From contig JAOZFT010000035.1 of NCBI GenBank assembly GCA_027492035.1, positions 1-64,000 on the forward strand: a stretch of DNA of 64,000 bases. Reading direction: 5' to 3'. The stretch comes from Thermoproteota archaeon. Its GTDB lineage: Archaea; Korarchaeota; JAOZGF01; JAOZFZ01. Under the pieces are notes generated by a model. That model was given only the letters and a program-made list of their open reading frames with translations, ran no database searches and was not told where the DNA came from. Below are positions 29,011 through 37,887 of the stretch, in pieces. The first letter of the stretch is position 1, and every line of letters begins with the position of its first letter. The position numbers and the translations under genes are program-made.

Positions 29011-29794
29011 CTTGGCGAAAATAAGTTTTAAAGCATTAGGAAGTAAAGTGAAGCCTCCCCCTAAGTTGAAATACGTGCTTAAAAAAAGAAACTCTAAATT
29101 ATCCCCTCTACAATTAACCTCCCTAATTCTATTTATTAATCTACTGCTTTCTTTTTTCTTAATTATTTCTGTGGTTCTCTTTTTTCAAGATTTATTTTTA
29201 GCCTCAATTATTCCCCTTATAACTTATCTAAACTATAAAGTATTATATCCCAGTATGGTAAATTTTTACTTTAACGAATTAATTGCTGAATATGAGTCAG
29301 GTTCTCCAGAATTTCTCGAGTTTTTTTCGGCTGGAATAACTAGTACCGGGAACTTACCCTACAGCATCAAAAAAGTTGCTGGAGCAAATATTAAAAAATA
29401 TAGCTCTGACATGAAAAAAATCTATAAAAGAATTAAATTGTATGGAAATCTTCCTAAAGAGGAGTTGCTAAAGTATATTGAAAATGAACCGTTACCTGTA
29501 AAAGAAGAAATAAAAAGTCTTATCTCATGTTTAGATGAAGAAGATTTTGAAAATTCATTAAAAACAGCTGTTTCAAGTGCGAGAAATAAGATAAGACAGA
29601 AATACATATTACACAGTAAAAACTTAGCTTTCAAAATCAATTTTTTCACCACCCTAAATTTCATTTTAGCTATTTCCCTCCTCCTTATGTTTTCACTCTA
29701 CAACTTTCCACCTGAAACTTTGTTGTTAACTGCTTTAGTTTGGCTTTTCTTTTCATTTAAGGTTTTGGGTGTGAAAAACTTTGAAGAATCCTAA
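28961..29794 (+). CDS. TadC/T2SSF-like membrane platform protein
   Basis: Two TM helices, helical cytoplasmic domain, C-terminal TMs; follows the ATPase; probable start ATG 29000. Confidence 0.65.
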   Translation: MSGREEFLKGVQFMLSNLAKISFKALGSKVKPPPKLKYVLKKRNSKLSPLQLTSLILFINLLLSFFLIISVVLFFQDLFLASIIPLITYLNYKVLYPSMVNFYFNELIAEYESGSPEFLEFFSAGITSTGNLPYSIKKVAGANIKKYSSDMKKIYKRIKLYGNLPKEELLKYIENEPLPVKEEIKSLISCLDEEDFENSLKTAVSSARNKIRQKYILHSKNLAFKINFFTTLNFILAISLLLMFSLYNFPPETLLLTALVWLFFSFKVLGVKNFEES

Positions 29795-30467
29795 TTTTTT
29801 AACTGTGAAACTTAAGAAGTTGTGGAGAGAAAAAGAAACAGATATAGAAAAAGAGAAAGAACTTATCTACTTCCTTAAAAACATTGGCTTGAAATTTCAA
29901 CAAAAGAAAAGTTTGGAAACAGCTTTAATTGAAGCTTTAAAAGAAAACAAAGCTATTAAAGTGAATGGAAAAACACTTCAAGCTTTAATTACTGGTAAAA
30001 GCACTGTTAAAGAGATTTTGAATATTTTAAAAGAAAAATTCAAAAGCTACAGAATATTTACGCAGCTCTTAGGTTTAATTGAGCTTCATAGACTGGACAC
30101 TGAATACATTGGTAAAAGACTAGTTTTCACTTGCGAACAAATAATTCCCTTCCTAGACCTTAAGAAGGAAAGAGAAGAAATATTCACCAGTAAAAGGTTA
30201 CAGTTCCGTTTCCTAAACGGAATTTACTCTTTTACATTGGGTGGGTTAACTACCCTCTACACAGCCTTCACTTTACTTCCAAATGGGGCTGTTTCCTTTT
30301 TCGAAAAACAAATCAACAAAAAATTGTTAGTAATCGAAATAACTATTTTACTTATTATTCAGTCGGTTCTCGGTTCAAAAATAGTTAAAGATAACTTAGC
30401 TTTCATTCCTCTTTATGTCTTAATCTTCCTTCTCTCCCTAAAATACTTTTGGTTGCTGTTTATCTGA
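29781..30467 (+). CDS. Second TadB/C-like membrane platform protein
   Basis: Helical domain (KSLETALIEAL) plus three C-terminal TMs; overlaps its neighbours. Confidence 0.55.
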   Translation: MKNPNFLTVKLKKLWREKETDIEKEKELIYFLKNIGLKFQQKKSLETALIEALKENKAIKVNGKTLQALITGKSTVKEILNILKEKFKSYRIFTQLLGLIELHRLDTEYIGKRLVFTCEQIIPFLDLKKEREEIFTSKRLQFRFLNGIYSFTLGGLTTLYTAFTLLPNGAVSFFEKQINKKLLVIEITILLIIQSVLGSKIVKDNLAFIPLYVLIFLLSLKYFWLLFI

Positions 30468-30484
30468 AAAAGGAGGTAAGTAAA

Positions 30485-30877
30485 TTGGAGGAGACAATAA
30501 GCACTTCTTTAATTTTAGCTTTGAGTTTTACACTTTTCCTAGTTACGCTTTCATTCTTCTCTGAATTTTCGGTTCAGTCAAGGAAGAAATCACTGCAAAA
30601 TCTTCTAGAAAGAATGGCTACCGATTTTGATGGAGTGATTTATTCAGTGGTAGGTGGAGGTGCTGAGTATCAAACGTTCTACTTGCCAAAAAACTTGGAA
30701 ATTCATTCGCTTACAAGTAAAGGTTCCTCAACCTTAATTTACTGCGTAAATGACGTTTACGTTGAAAGAGTTTACCCCTTCACTGTTTCAGGGTTTATTC
30801 ACATAAATGAGTCAAACTACTACTTTATCCGCTTCAGAAGCAACTCTTCAGCTGTCACTATAGAGTTGGTGAATTGA
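30485..30877 (+). CDS. Putative minor pilin-like protein
   Basis: TTG start after GGAGGT (ORF track starts at 30449); hydrophobic N-helix, long helix, beta-rich C-terminus. Confidence 0.55.
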   Translation: MEETISTSLILALSFTLFLVTLSFFSEFSVQSRKKSLQNLLERMATDFDGVIYSVVGGGAEYQTFYLPKNLEIHSLTSKGSSTLIYCVNDVYVERVYPFTVSGFIHINESNYYFIRFRSNSSAVTIELVN

Positions 30878-31314
30878 AAATGTTTAGAAATGTGCTTTCA
30901 ATAAATTTTTATTATCTATTGGGGTTAATGCTTATCTTTTTCAGTTTAATATTCTCAATCAACCTTTACTTATGGTCTAAAAAATGTGCAGCTGAGTTTC
31001 TTGTAAGTGACTTAGCTGAAGTAGTTAAGTATTCCACAAAACCCCAATATAGAGAAGTTTCAATAATTTACAAAACCCCTAATCTTCCCTTCAACTACAC
31101 CTTAATAATTTGTAATGGCACAATATATGTCAAATCAAATTTTCTTTTCGATCTTAAAAGTTCACCCTCATTCCTCAGGCCTGGTTACATTCAGAAAAGT
31201 TCAAACGCGAAAGTTAGAAGAGTTTTATTTCTACATAAAGGCTCCATTTTACTAATTAAGGGGGGATGGATAGATAAAGGAGGAACACAGTTAACAGCTC
31301 TAAAAGGAAGGTGA
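30874..31314 (+). CDS. Putative minor pilin-like protein
   Basis: FRN-VLSINFYYLLG N-terminus, single TM, PNLPFNYTL beta domain; TTGA coupling. Confidence 0.55.
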   Translation: MKMFRNVLSINFYYLLGLMLIFFSLIFSINLYLWSKKCAAEFLVSDLAEVVKYSTKPQYREVSIIYKTPNLPFNYTLIICNGTIYVKSNFLFDLKSSPSFLRPGYIQKSSNAKVRRVLFLHKGSILLIKGGWIDKGGTQLTALKGR

Positions 31315-31321
31315 TTTTCCA

Positions 31322-31531
31322 ATGATTGAAGGGATAGAGCTAAGTTTAACATTCACTGTATTCTTAATGCTTCTTCTCTTACTTCTTTCATTAACATTTC
31401 AAATGGAAGTTGTTGATGTGAAGATTGTGGAAAAAGTCAACTTTACGAACACTTCTAAAAATTTAACTCAGCCTATACCTGTCATTGAAAACCATAAATG
31501 TTTTTTCAAAGCTTGGAGGAGAATTAAATGA
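31322..31531 (+). CDS. Small putative pilin-like protein
   Basis: MIEGIELSLTF hydrophobic helix; AGGTGA ribosome-binding site; ATGA overlap with next gene. Confidence 0.5.
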   Translation: MIEGIELSLTFTVFLMLLLLLLSLTFQMEVVDVKIVEKVNFTNTSKNLTQPIPVIENHKCFFKAWRRIK

Positions 31532-31914
31532 GAAACCTCTTCCTTTGGGACATAATAGCTATGGTTCTAATTACCTCTTTCTTTCTTTCCAACCACTACT
31601 TCTCACCAAAAACCGCTTCATCAAAGAAGATACTTTCCTTCACTGAAGGCTCTTTCAAGGAAATGAAGAGGGTCTATTTCTCAGGTGAAGTCCTAAGAAT
31701 CCTTTGGGGGAACGTAACCATGGAAGACCTAGACAAAACATTCTGTCAAAATTCCATAAACAGCTGCCGTTGGATTGTTCAGCTTAAAGGTGGAAAAGGT
31801 TTTAGAATTGAAAAAGGGCCTGTTCTAAATTTTTACTCTTCCTCAATCGAGAAAATAAACTTGTACAATGAATCTCTTCTTTTAATCGTAGAAAAAGGGG
31901 TTGGAAAACCTTGA
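31528..31914 (+). CDS. Putative minor pilin-like protein
   Basis: MRN-LFLWD followed by hydrophobic helix; translationally coupled. Confidence 0.5.
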   Translation: MRNLFLWDIIAMVLITSFFLSNHYFSPKTASSKKILSFTEGSFKEMKRVYFSGEVLRILWGNVTMEDLDKTFCQNSINSCRWIVQLKGGKGFRIEKGPVLNFYSSSIEKINLYNESLLLIVEKGVGKP

Positions 31915-32852
31915 AAGGGATACCCTTAATTTTCACTCTTTGTTTATTGATTATTGGAACAACTTTAACTTTTAAAATAGTTCACCCTGACAGAACAGAG
32001 TACTTGAAAAGTTTGAAAAGCATGGAGAGAACAGCTTACGAAAGAGACATAATGTTGGCCCGTGTAACCCTGAAACTAAGGGGGCTTCTTGACAAAAAAA
32101 TTTGGGAAACATCTAAAACTAAATCAAATCCTTACACGAGCTTAACATTAAAAAATTCTGAAATAACGAAAATAACTCAGGAAGAAACAGATAAAGCTAA
32201 GGAGAAGGGGTTTCAGTTAAAACTTGCACTGAAGGTTTATCTTAAAGAACTGAAAAATTACTGCCCTGTTGATATAGAATTTAATAGAGTGATCTTAAGC
32301 GCCACAACAGGTGAGAAGGAAGAAGATAAAGGAGCTGTACAAACAATCATACACACAAATTATTTATTGACTGATTCCTTGGGTAACACCTTTATAAAGG
32401 AGAAGAGGGAAATTGACATAGTTCACCCCGTAAGAATTTACCTACTTTACAAAGTCAGCGAAGCACTTGAAAAAATAAATTTCACCCAACACCTCAATAA
32501 ATCCTTCTTCATAAACAAAAACGGAACACTTACGCCGAAAGAAACAATTGTTGCAAATTTGGAAAAACAAATGGACGAAGAAATTTCCAATTGCCTCTTC
32601 AAACTGCTCGGCTACAGGGAACTAGACGTCATTAAGTCTCAACTTAAACTAGAAATAAAAGTAAACAAGGAAGTTATAGTTGAAGTAAAGCCTCAGCCAA
32701 GTAACCAATCAAAAAAATTATTTTCTATAACCCTTTACTTGGAAGGTTACGTTAAAGATGTAAAAACTGACTCCCTAATTTATATCAGAAACCGCCTGGA
32801 AAAAGTCAAATACAGGTTTGAAAACCTAGAAAAGGTTTCATTTATTTTATAA
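31911..32852 (+). CDS. Putative large pilin-like protein with class III-like signal (MKG-IPLIF)
   Basis: KG followed directly by a hydrophobic helix; last gene of the coupled run. Confidence 0.55.
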   Translation: MKGIPLIFTLCLLIIGTTLTFKIVHPDRTEYLKSLKSMERTAYERDIMLARVTLKLRGLLDKKIWETSKTKSNPYTSLTLKNSEITKITQEETDKAKEKGFQLKLALKVYLKELKNYCPVDIEFNRVILSATTGEKEEDKGAVQTIIHTNYLLTDSLGNTFIKEKREIDIVHPVRIYLLYKVSEALEKINFTQHLNKSFFINKNGTLTPKETIVANLEKQMDEEISNCLFKLLGYRELDVIKSQLKLEIKVNKEVIVEVKPQPSNQSKKLFSITLYLEGYVKDVKTDSLIYIRNRLEKVKYRFENLEKVSFIL

Positions 32853-33050
32853 AAGAGAAAAATTACTTATTTTTTGTCAGAAACACGTCTTAAACTTTCT
32901 TTTAATAATTAAAATTTATTAAATTACCTTTTACTAAACTCTCCCCCCTCCCCCCTTTTTCTTGACTTATGAAACTAAAAAAGTAGAAGCAAAGCTTTTT
33001 TCCGCAACCAACTCTACTTTACTTTAATTGATGGTAAGAGGGGACTAGAA

Positions 33051-34757
33051 TTGTTAAGAAGGCCTCAAAAAATAATTCTTTTCTTGCTTGTACTTCTCCT
33101 TTCGTTCACCTCTTTTACGTTGTTAACAGCTTCCAAAACTGAACGATTTAAGACTCATGAATCTGTCGGCGGCCTTTCGTGGAGCGGTAGAACAGTTTAC
33201 GCCTACTGCAGAACTGGACCCCATAAAATAACCTTTTCACAACCTGTTTCAAAAAACACAGCGTATTCCAAGGCTTGCAGTTACTGCACAGGAACATTAA
33301 CAGTGAACATCCACGGCCAAAACTGTTGGTGGGACAATCAACAAAACAAGTATGTTTGTTCAGGAGCTTCCTGTGGAGAAGGAAGCGCACCTTTAAAACC
33401 TGCAACTGTACAGTACAGCTTCAACAATGAAGGTAAAGTTACAGAGGTAACTTTCTACTGTTTAGCAAACCTATACGTTACCGCAAGCAGTCATTGCTGC
33501 GGAAGCTTAACAGCAACGGCAACTTCACCATGTGGACACATGCAAAAAACAACATACATAAGCTGTCCAAAACCACCAAGCAGCGGCTCAAGTAACTCAG
33601 GCAGTTCAGGAAACTCTGCATCCAGTAACAATAATGAAGGCAGTTCAGGTAACTCAGGCAGTTCAGAAAATACTGGTTCCAGCAACCAAGGATCCAATGG
33701 GCAAGGTACTGCCTCAGGAAATTCCTCCATCAATTCAGGCAGTAGTTCAAGGTCCAAATCTTCACCTCACGCCTCTCTTGAAATTTCCAGCATTCCTCCT
33801 CTGAATTTAAGAGTTGGTGAAACTTTAAATTTTGAAGTTAAGGTTTCAAATACAGGAAATGACTACGCGACAAGTATTAGAGTTGTCTCTGAAGTTAATG
33901 GCGGTTTCAAACCTTCACATATGGAGAAAAAAATAAATTTGTTAGCTCCTAAGCAAATTAAATTGCTTAAGTTTTCCACACTAGCCATTAAAAATGGAAC
34001 CTACCGGTTTAAAATTATAGCTACTGCAAACAATGGTTTAAGTGCATGGACAGGTTTTACCGTGATTGTTGAAGGTGAAGAAACCAATTTAAGCCGTGAA
34101 AGAAATCAGTTAAATCCCTCCAATGAAAACTGCTGCCAAGAAACAGTTAACTTCCTTTTACCTGAAATTAAGGCTTGGTTAAGTAAGTCAATAGTTAAAC
34201 CTAAAGAATTAATTTATTGTTTCGCTGAAGTTAAGCCTGGAAGCTATCCAATAAGAAAGGTTACTTTTAACGATAAACAAATGACTGCTTTGCCAAGCAA
34301 CTTATGGAGAACCTTTATTTACGCCCCAGATAAACCTGGAATCTACAACTACTTAATTGAAGCATTCGACTCTAAAAACAATAAAGTAACAGCTGAAGTA
34401 GTTTTGAAAGTTACAGAAATAAAATCAAAAAAATTAACTAATACCTCTAATGTTGCATCTAGAGGTAATGAAACTTACCTAAAAATAAAGGTAAGTATCC
34501 AAGAGATAAAAGTTTTTCAACCAATTTTAACAAATTCCACATCTCGCTATGAAAAAAATTTAAACAGTGGAATGAAGCCTGAAGATGGTGTTGTTAACAG
34601 CTTTATTTACTTTCTACCCTTAGTGGTTGTTCCACTTCTGCTTATAATTCTTGCAAACAGAGAAAAAGCTGAGAAACACACTAAAATTAAACCAGCGTTC
34701 ATAAGGGAATATTTAACGATAGAAAAAAAGAAATCTAAAATAAAGAAAGCGTTTTAA
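33051..34757 (+). CDS. Cell-surface protein: Cys-rich head, Ser/Gly/Asn linker, Ig-like domains, C-terminal TM anchor
   Basis: Signal peptide; 11 Cys in the N-terminal domain; VSNTGN CARDB-like motif; APDKPGIY; TM helix plus basic tail. Confidence 0.75.
   Translation: MLRRPQKIILFLLVLLLSFTSFTLLTASKTERFKTHESVGGLSWSGRTVYAYCRTGPHKITFSQPVSKNTAYSKACSYCTGTLTVNIHGQNCWWDNQQNKYVCSGASCGEGSAPLKPATVQYSFNNEGKVTEVTFYCLANLYVTASSHCCGSLTATATSPCGHMQKTTYISCPKPPSSGSSNSGSSGNSASSNNNEGSSGNSGSSENTGSSNQGSNGQGTASGNSSINSGSSSRSKSSPHASLEISSIPPLNLRVGETLNFEVKVSNTGNDYATSIRVVSEVNGGFKPSHMEKKINLLAPKQIKLLKFSTLAIKNGTYRFKIIATANNGLSAWTGFTVIVEGEETNLSRERNQLNPSNENCCQETVNFLLPEIKAWLSKSIVKPKELIYCFAEVKPGSYPIRKVTFNDKQMTALPSNLWRTFIYAPDKPGIYNYLIEAFDSKNNKVTAEVVLKVTEIKSKKLTNTSNVASRGNETYLKIKVSIQEIKVFQPILTNSTSRYEKNLNSGMKPEDGVVNSFIYFLPLVVVPLLLIILANREKAEKHTKIKPAFIREYLTIEKKKSKIKKAF
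33594..33666 (+). repeat. Imperfect tandem repeats (aactcaggcagttcag) encoding the NSGSS linker
   Basis: aactcaggcagttcag at 33594 and 33651, with aggcagttcagg between them. Confidence 0.7.
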
Positions 34758-34791
34758 CAAACTTACTACTTCCATTTTTAAAAAAGGGTGC

Positions 34792-35760
34792 ATGGGAATG
34801 ATGAGTATAGGATTCGCTAATTTCCGTGGAGGAGTGGGTAAAACAACAATCGCTTTCTCTACAATTCTTTCAATGGCTCAGCTAAAACCAGCTGAGAAGG
34901 AGAAAAAATACATTTTTGTTGAAGCTGATTTCGGAAGCAACGCTGCAACACGGATATGGGACCCAAATTTTGAAATGGAAAAATTCCGGACGTTAAGCGA
35001 TTACTTAAAAGGTAAGTGTGAAGTTGACGAAATAGCCTATGTAAGTGATAGATACCCTATTTACAGAGAAATAGCCTTCATACCTTCAGGCAAACTAAAT
35101 ATTGAAGAAACAAGTTCAATCAAAGAAACAAATAACCTCTTAAACAAGATGAGAGAATTAAAAGAGTTTCTTGCCTCCAGAGCTGAAAAAGTAGTAATTG
35201 ACTACCCTGGCGGGGGAGGTTTAAACCATTTAGAGAACTACTTCCTTTTGTTCACTGTCACAGATGAAATAGTGCCTGTGATTCAACCTGATCCCCCAAG
35301 TATAGAAGCAGCAGATAAACTCATAAATTTCGCCCTCCTCAGCGGAGTTAAATACAGAATGGTTGTTGTTAACAAATACAGTAAAAAATTTAAGAAATTA
35401 CTTAAAGTATCTGAAGAAAAACTGGCTGTAAATGGGCAAGAAATCAAAATATTTACGGTAAACAAAGATGAGCAGGTGCCGCTTCATTGGAGTAAATTAA
35501 AACCAGTAGTTGTTAAGAAAAACCGCGTCAGAAAAGACATTGAAAAAATAGCGGCCTTTCTTCTAGATTTAGAAAATGGAACTGAAACAAAAAGCCAAGA
35601 GCAAACTGTTGAGTCTTCCCTTAAGCTAAAAACTAACAAGTTGAAAAAGATTTTTTATATCCTGAAAAACAAAGCAATTTTCTTAGGTAGGGAAAAAAGA
35701 AGTAAAGAAGAAATTTTCAAGGAATTAGAGGCTTGGCTTGAAGAAAACGAAACTGCATGA
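34792..35760 (+). CDS. MinD/ParA-family ATPase (TadZ/CpaE-like context)
   Basis: Deviant Walker A RGGVGKTT, EADFG, IDYPGG, VVNK. Confidence 0.82.
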   Translation: MGMMSIGFANFRGGVGKTTIAFSTILSMAQLKPAEKEKKYIFVEADFGSNAATRIWDPNFEMEKFRTLSDYLKGKCEVDEIAYVSDRYPIYREIAFIPSGKLNIEETSSIKETNNLLNKMRELKEFLASRAEKVVIDYPGGGGLNHLENYFLLFTVTDEIVPVIQPDPPSIEAADKLINFALLSGVKYRMVVVNKYSKKFKKLLKVSEEKLAVNGQEIKIFTVNKDEQVPLHWSKLKPVVVKKNRVRKDIEKIAAFLLDLENGTETKSQEQTVESSLKLKTNKLKKIFYILKNKAIFLGREKRSKEEIFKELEAWLEENETA

Positions 35761-35803
35761 AAAATACTTTGTTTTCACAAAAGGCTAAAGGCTTGAGGTA
35801 GAA

Positions 35804-36523
35804 ATGAATAAAACATTTATTTTTTTTCAGCCTTTAGCCTTCTTCGTGGGTGTTGCGGCGAATTTATTTATTGAAAACATATCTTTTAACCACTTCTATT
35901 TCTACCTCACAGGAACAGGGGCAGTTACATCGTTACTACTTTCCTCTTTCTTAAACGCATCCCTTTTCCTTTTACTAGGGTACTTAAACCTGGCTGCACC
36001 CACCACATTTACTGTGTTCATTAATGGGCTTTACTTCGGGGAAACCCTAAGAAAAATAGGCAACCCTACCTTACTTTTAGTTTTCATCCCTACAAAGGAG
36101 TTAGTTAAGGAGGTAATCCCTGGTTTAACTGCTTTCCTAAATGTTTTTGCAGGGCTTCAAATTTTTAAACTGGGAAGCGAAATAAGAAAAAGAAATTCCT
36201 CTTTGGCCTTAAACACTGTAAAATTTTCAGTTCTACAATTTATTTCCTTAATTCCATTCATTACCCTAAGTTTTTTAGAAAATAATGGCATTCCAGCCTT
36301 TGAATGGGTTTTTGAATTAAAAACCAGCATCTCCAACCCATACTTCACCCTCCTTTTCTTTCTTTCAGGTTTCGAGTTCCTATTAAAACGATTGATTAAC
36401 TGGAGGACAAGGAAGTTTCAAGTTTATGTAGGGGAGAGTGTGAAGGATATAAAAACAGTAAAGGATAGAGAAAAAGAAGCTGTAAAAGAAATACTTTTCC
36501 TTCTAGAGGAAGAAAAAAATTAA
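35804..36523 (+). CDS. Polytopic membrane protein (SpoIIM-like)
   Basis: About six TMs; VFINGLYFG and FIPTKE loosely match the SpoIIM family pattern. Confidence 0.45.
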   Translation: MNKTFIFFQPLAFFVGVAANLFIENISFNHFYFYLTGTGAVTSLLLSSFLNASLFLLLGYLNLAAPTTFTVFINGLYFGETLRKIGNPTLLLVFIPTKELVKEVIPGLTAFLNVFAGLQIFKLGSEIRKRNSSLALNTVKFSVLQFISLIPFITLSFLENNGIPAFEWVFELKTSISNPYFTLLFFLSGFEFLLKRLINWRTRKFQVYVGESVKDIKTVKDREKEAVKEILFLLEEEKN

Positions 36524-36897
36524 ACAGTCTCTTTAATTAACTTTTCACCTTTCCTGTCGTAAACATGGACGTCTTCAACTGAAAGAAAGGGGTAAGTTAA
36601 GATGACTATGACAAAGCCGTATGCATTGTTTAAATCAGCCACTGAGGGGTTAGGGTTGCCTGAAGGATGGGAATGTACAGAACCAATAATTGACGCATCC
36701 ATTGGGATAAGGTAAGGGTTAAAACCTGCTGAAGCAAAACCTTGAAAAAACATGGGAGGAACAACGAATTCGTTCACAAAAATTTCTTTCTTCTTAACTT
36801 TACCCCTAAGTAAAAGAATCATCTCTTTTGGGAAAGATTTCCTTGCAGCTTCTAAAAGCTCTTTCAACAACTTCTTATCAAATAATACCTTTTTCAC
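36520..36897 (-). CDS. JAMM/MPN+ metalloprotease
   Basis: PKE glutamate and HSHPSGNPNPSVAD JAMM motif. Confidence 0.9.
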   Translation of the reverse strand: MKKVLFDKKLLKELLEAARKSFPKEMILLLRGKVKKKEIFVNEFVVPPMFFQGFASAGFNPYLIPMDASIIGSVHSHPSGNPNPSVADLNNAYGFVIVILTYPFLSVEDVHVYDRKGEKLIKETV

Positions 36898-37036
36898 GGC
36901 TACCTACCCTTCTCTCTTAATCTTACAACGAAAAAAGAGAGTTTAAGGGAATTGAAGGAGAAATAAAGAAAAAAACCTTTAAAAACAATACAGAATGATG
37001 AAAAATAAAAAGAACCAATTTTAAAAAGGTAAAGAA

Positions 37037-37735
37037 ATGAACCCCTACAATTTAACTTTAACACAAATCCTTTTAACCTTAACAGGCTTATTTATAGGTT
37101 TAACTTCCTGGTGGAGCCTAACCAAAAAATATAAAGAAACCTGGATTACACCACGCTACCACCTCCTCTCCCCCTTAATAATTGCCATCTCCTTTCCCTC
37201 AATAATCCTTTCAGGTTCCCAACGCAGCATATTAGGTACGTACATCTTCTACTCTCTAATGTTAATAACTCCATTCGTTGACAAAATAATTACGAAAAGA
37301 AACTGGAAAGAGTACGGGTTCAAAAAAGACAGCCTCCCTTCAGACCTCTTGTTAGGCCTGGGGTTCGGATTAGCGGGGTTAGTAGGTGCTCTATTTAAAG
37401 AACCCTCCTGGACAATAACAAAGGAATTTATCCTTTACAACATGTTCTTCTTTATTCCAGCTGAAGAAATATACTTCAGAGGATTTATTCAACCAGTCAC
37501 CCAATCTAAACTCAATAAAAACTTGTCAAACCTAATCCAAGCAACACTTTTCTCTTTAGCATTCTATGCCTGGGGCTACAACTTGAAAAAAACATTCTTG
37601 GTTTTTGCGGCAGGGGTAATTGAAGGTGAAATATATAACAAAACACACTCCGTTTTCTGCACCTATGTTACACAAACAGCAGGTGATATTTTGCCCTCCG
37701 TAATAATTTATAACATCTTGAAAGTAAACCTTTAA
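37037..37735 (+). CDS. CPBP (Abi/Rce1-like) intramembrane protease homolog, possibly inactive
   Basis: AEEIYFRG motif present; downstream His motifs replaced. Confidence 0.7.
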   Translation: MNPYNLTLTQILLTLTGLFIGLTSWWSLTKKYKETWITPRYHLLSPLIIAISFPSIILSGSQRSILGTYIFYSLMLITPFVDKIITKRNWKEYGFKKDSLPSDLLLGLGFGLAGLVGALFKEPSWTITKEFILYNMFFFIPAEEIYFRGFIQPVTQSKLNKNLSNLIQATLFSLAFYAWGYNLKKTFLVFAAGVIEGEIYNKTHSVFCTYVTQTAGDILPSVIIYNILKVNL

Positions 37736-37887
37736 CCACTCCCTCTCTTAAAAACTAGAAATTAAAATAAAAACTAAAGAGATTTACACCGAGTTCTCTC
37801 TTATTCGAAAATTGTTCTTCAAATAAACAAAAGTTAAAAAAATAAATTTTAAACCAAAATATAAGAACCCTTTTAAAGGAGGTTTCT

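Noticed and set aside
36995-37036. ATGATGA, resembling a C/D sRNA C box
   Set aside because: No CTGA D box at a suitable distance
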